This document shows, piece after piece, positions 61,101 to 64,000 of a DNA stretch of 64,000 nucleotides. Positions within the stretch are counted from its first letter, which is position 1. Every line of letters starts with the position of its first letter. A model generated the notes under the pieces. That model had not been told where the DNA came from. It saw only the letters and a program-made list of their open reading frames with translations, and ran no database searches. The translations under genes were made by a program, and so were the position numbers. Source of the stretch: Phoronis australis (taxonomy: Eukaryota; Animalia; Phoronida); NCBI GenBank assembly GCA_002633005.1, contig NMRA01000305.1, positions 367,110 to 431,109 on the forward strand, in the 5' to 3' direction.

Positions 61101-64000
61101 CTTCCACGAACGTCCATAATCAGACGAGAACTCCAGATAGACTGGGTTGACAATGCTATCCCATGGTACATCACAACCAATCGATATATTGAACTGCAAC
61201 ATATCACCATCTTGAACATCAACGTCAATAGTCGTCATGGTTACATTCTGATGCATTGTAGGTAAAGCCTTCATAACTCCCGAAGCACCACAATAACGAC
61301 CAGTGACCACATTATTCAACGGCAGCCAAATCGGTTGGTCACGTGACCTCTCAGCTGTACGTGTTGATATATGACGAAGGCTGTCCTGCCACCCTCCAAT
61401 CACAAGGTTGTCTATCAGCCAATCACTGTCGCTGCTTCTTGGAGAACGTGGCTGCCACCATCTGATGCGCACACCCTCATACCTCGCCTCACTGGGGATT
61501 TTGATGTGCACAAATCTGCAATAGACACAGGTAACAAATAAAAAACACAGATTGGCAAAGATATTTATATCTTTTAAGACATCAAAATAGAATGCAATCA
61601 CCAATTTCATTTGTAAAACAAAATTCAAGCAATATCTAAGCACAAGAACAGGATTCTTCAGTTGGTTCTGTGACCAAACACTAGATGGAGATACCAGTTG
61701 TTTATCAATTTCATTCGTATCAGTATAAAGGAGAAAGCACGGCTGAACACACCAGCAAGAATAGTCAAACAGTCAGTTGGTTCCATAATCAAACACTAGA
61801 TGGAGATATGTGTTGGGAGTTCAGTGGCTTTCAGGACTTCCAAAAATTCTGTTTTTCACATTCACCTAGTAATATCATAAAACAGAAGAGGGCTAAATTA
61901 TCGGCCATTTACCAACGATCAGAGTTACAATACCAAAAAGTTTATGCAAAGGAATCAACTAACTAGGGTAAACATCAGAAAATGACCATAACACAGCAGC
62001 ACTGGTAACATAAACAAGTCGGCTTCGACATGTTCTTTGGCAATAGCTGGCCATAGGTTTACAGTAAAAACTCTACAGTTTCACACGATGTAACACGCTT
62101 GGCTCAAGGTTGGAGATTGTAGCAAAATTCAGAAATAACCAATGAATGTGAGCATAACCCAATTCAAGAACTACCATCAGTGACAAACCAAAGGTATTCA
62201 CCTCAATATCATGCTATCTGGGGACACGTGAAAATATTGCATCAGTTGCTATTTTGAACATGTGATGACCTGGGGACACGTGAAAATATTGCATCAGTTG
62301 CTATTCTGAACATGTGATGACCTGGGGACGCGTGAAAATATTGCATCAGTTGCTATTTTGGACACGTGATGACCTGTTACATCTAATTTCTGATTCCATT
62401 AATACAAAACCCAGTGTCCAATATTTCACAAAATATGATGAACGCCGAAGTCGTCCACATTTTAGGCTTGGAGGAGTTCACTAGTTTGCACAGTGGCTTA
62501 GAATTTTGCTGACAGTTGCAAATCATGGGACGGTGTCATTCACACTACTATAGGCCTTTTGAAACAGACATGCAAGGTCAATGAAAGTAGCTCTTTGTGA
62601 ACCCTGGTCTTAGTCATACAACTGTTCCAGTTGGACTGTGTAACTGAACACAGCTTAACAAATTTTTTATGATCCTGGCTGAGAAAATACTGTTTTATTA
62701 CCCCAAGGATTCTGAATAGCTGAGACCGGAATGCATGTCCCAGTCTTCAGAGTTGACAAAATTAAATGTTGTCTAAAATTTCCGTGCCCAAATGTTAGAA
62801 ACTGTTCCAGACTGGAAAATTTTCCCGCATTTATTATATGACCACAGTGTCAATACACCCAAGGGGGGGAAGCAGTGCTTTCATCATGTCTTTGTTCGAT
62901 TGTTTCAAGGTTACCCTACAGTGACTACCTCGTGCCATTGTACAAGTCATAGTACAGATCTGTCATGGTGGTCCACGTGATGCCGCCATCAGCGGAGTAG
63001 TCTATGAGTACATCCTCATCTCTGTTGTTAGGCAACGACTGGAGGCCGTAGCGGAAGTCAAACTGGATGTATACGGCACGTCTCAGGTCGAGGTCAACTG
63101 TCTCTAGCAGGCGACTACATGTCTAGAAGGAATAAAACCCCATTACTGAGCTGGTGAGAAATATACAGTCCACACAAAAGAGTATACAAGACAAAATGAC
63201 CCAGATTTTCCCTTCACGTCCCTGGTGTCCCTTCATGACCCCGGTGTCCCTTCATGTCATCGGTGTCCCTTCATATCACCGGTGTCCCTTCATGTCCCTG
63301 GTGTCCCTTCATGACCCTGGTGTCCCTTCATGCCCTGGTGTCCGTTCATGAACCTGGTGTCCCTTCATGTCCCTGGTGTCAATTCATGACCCTGGTGTCC
63401 CTTCATGCCCCTGGTGTCCCTTCATGCCCCTGGTGTCCCTTCATGCCCCTGTTGTCCCTTCATGCCCCTGGTGTCCCTTAATGACCCTGGTGTCCCTTCA
63501 TGACCCTGGTGTCCCTTCATGTCCCAGGTGTCCCTTCATGCCCTTGGTGTCCCTTCATGACCCTGGTGTCCCTTCATGCCCTGGTGTCCCTTCATGACCC
63601 TGGTGTCCCTTCATGTCCCTTAAGACCTAGAATGAAGAGGAATTCACAGCCAGTAAGATCCTGCATTGCTGCGCCATTGTGTAAGTAGTATTTTGCAGCC
63701 ATAAATTAAATATTTACAAGTTAATTTCGCTGTTACAAGAATTAGACATCATTAAGGGGAAACTGTATTTCGTCTGAATACTTTGTCTTGTACAGTTATA
63801 GTATAAAAGCTGTAGTTGAATAATTGAAATAACAGCCAATTAACTGATTAAGTTTACTGCATTTTAGGAAGCATGGCAACCAATCAGAGTCAACCACAAA
63901 ATTAATCTAAATAATTATCACGGATAAATAAAGTTGGAATTCCGTTTAAGAAATTACAAAAAAACTGCCTCACCTTTGACATATGCAGAGCCTTGCCTGA
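52073..64000 (-). CDS. RELN: Reelin, 3' part (repeat 6B, repeat 7, repeat 8, CTR); 13 exons, 5' end outside window
   Basis: Spliced frame of 2604 nt with Asp-box motifs (YSADGGITW, FSSDYGRSW, YSTDGGIQW), RWWQP and W(A/L)(I/L)D motifs and two EGF modules. Collinear with recalled human Reelin (CSRLL.TVDL, WALDN.LIGG.EINPS.L, AHG..LYFNGC, SKIMFV.QIGS, RWWQP.H.G.G.DQWA.D.VE.V). Confidence 0.96.
53050..53557. mobile_element. hAT-like MITE, longer related subfamily (opposite orientation), in the last Reelin intron
   Basis: TIR CAGGGCTTGGAAT...ATTCCAAGCCCTG, TSD ATATAT/CTATAT. Confidence 0.85.
53606..53784 (-). CDS. RELN: Reelin penultimate exon (GINWHLIASH...DQWAIDYVEIV)
   Basis: cttcag acceptor, AT|gtaagt donor (phase 2). 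Confidence 0.95.
54383..54497 (-). CDS. RELN: Reelin exon (KIMFVIQIGS...LLQYTRDR)
   Basis: tttcag acceptor, AGG|gtgagt donor. Confidence 0.95.
55053..55269 (-). CDS. RELN: Reelin exon (EYCHK...AHGKTLYFNGC...SQV), repeat 8B
   Basis: gtcag acceptor, AG|gtaatg donor. Confidence 0.95.
55917..56071 (-). CDS. RELN: Reelin exon with EGF module of repeat 8 (ITRFRWIQ...CDPGYE)
   Basis: ggcag acceptor, G|gtaagt donor. Confidence 0.95.
56291..56494 (+). repeat. 40-bp minisatellite, 5 near-identical copies
   Basis: AAAACATTGTCAGATAGTAGATATTATAAAAATTATCAAG. Confidence 0.95.
57165..57406 (-). CDS. RELN: Reelin exon (VVVGCAD...SPDTFS), repeat 8A
   Basis: gacag acceptor, AG|gtatgt donor. Confidence 0.93.
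57666..58054 (-). CDS. RELN: Reelin exon (IQWHTLH...RWWQP...WALDNVLIGG...VHFK)
   Basis: ttccag acceptor, AAG|gtagcg donor. Confidence 0.95.
58757..58829 (+). repeat. 13-bp tandem repeat, ~5.5 copies
   Basis: AATCAAAGTAATC. Confidence 0.9.
59313..59422 (-). CDS. RELN: Reelin exon (FVQYIAMIGG...LQYSTDG)
   Basis: tttcag acceptor, G|gtgtgt donor. Confidence 0.93.
59531..59706 (-). CDS. RELN: Reelin exon (TYLKDTFNSLEIK...LDLRNS), repeat 7B
   Basis: ttgtag acceptor, AG|gtacgt donor. Confidence 0.93.
60300..60492 (-). CDS. RELN: Reelin exon with EGF module of repeat 7 (ATRFRWLQ...CHGNGWC...NNPK)
   Basis: ctctag acceptor, AAG|gtaagg donor, EGF cysteine pattern. Confidence 0.95.
60973..61515 (-). 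CDS. RELN: Reelin exon (FVHIKIP...RWWQP...GPVVS), repeat 6B end and 7A
   Basis: ttgcag acceptor, AA|gtgagt donor. Confidence 0.95.
62218..62375 (+). repeat. 52-bp tandem repeat, 3 copies
   Basis: CTGGGGACACGTGAAAATATTGCATCAGTTGCTATTTTGAACATGTGATGAC. Confidence 0.93.
62929..63122 (-). CDS. RELN: Reelin exon (TCSRLLETVDLDL...YSADGGITW...YNGT)
   Basis: ttctag acceptor, AG|gtagtc donor, Asp-box motif. Confidence 0.95.
63209..63620 (+). repeat. 19-bp minisatellite, ~21 copies, in a Reelin intron
   Basis: G(A/T/C)CCCTGGTGTCCCTTCAT. Confidence 0.95.
63974..64000 (-). CDS. RELN: Reelin exon (partial, ...SGKALHMSK), repeat 6B
   Basis: AAG|gtgagg donor; matches the SGMALHFSG position of human Reelin; truncated by the window edge. 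Confidence 0.8.

Noticed and set aside
63154-63688. Cys/Pro-rich ORFs (PGVPSCPWCPFM repeats)
   Set aside because: They are translations of a 19-bp minisatellite in a Reelin intron; the unit length is not a multiple of three and there is no splice or start context.

Overview
This window is eukaryotic, intron-rich, AT-rich invertebrate genomic DNA; it looks like a marine metazoan, possibly a deuterostome, but the taxon cannot be fixed from sequence alone. It contains one ~775-nt N gap. Two spliced genes lie tail-to-tail. (1) On +, a complete ~746-aa gene with 9 coding exons (11696-49419): an N-terminus carrying four KSILK motifs, a charged coiled-coil middle and a C-terminal TSGA13-like region. 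Several RFX X-box motifs lie in and around it, which suggests a ciliary or sperm gene. (2) On -, the 3' part of a Reelin gene: 13 exons and 867 codons plus stop, covering repeat 6B to repeat 8B and a short terminal CTR exon. I checked exon phases by hand and both genes splice into continuous frames. The rest is intronic or intergenic: MITEs (hAT-like with 6-bp TSD, Harbinger-like, Merlin/MULE-like), a nested HINE-like insert, tRNA-SINEs, decayed transposon ORFs, minisatellites and a 1.7-kb duplication that is probably an assembly artefact. I found no prokaryote-type systems (CRISPR, rRNA, operons) and cannot support a wholly new biological system. The best leads are the multi-SILK TSGA13-like protein with its candidate microexons and X-boxes, and the Reelin C-terminal architecture. 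Family assignments rest on recalled motifs, not database searches.
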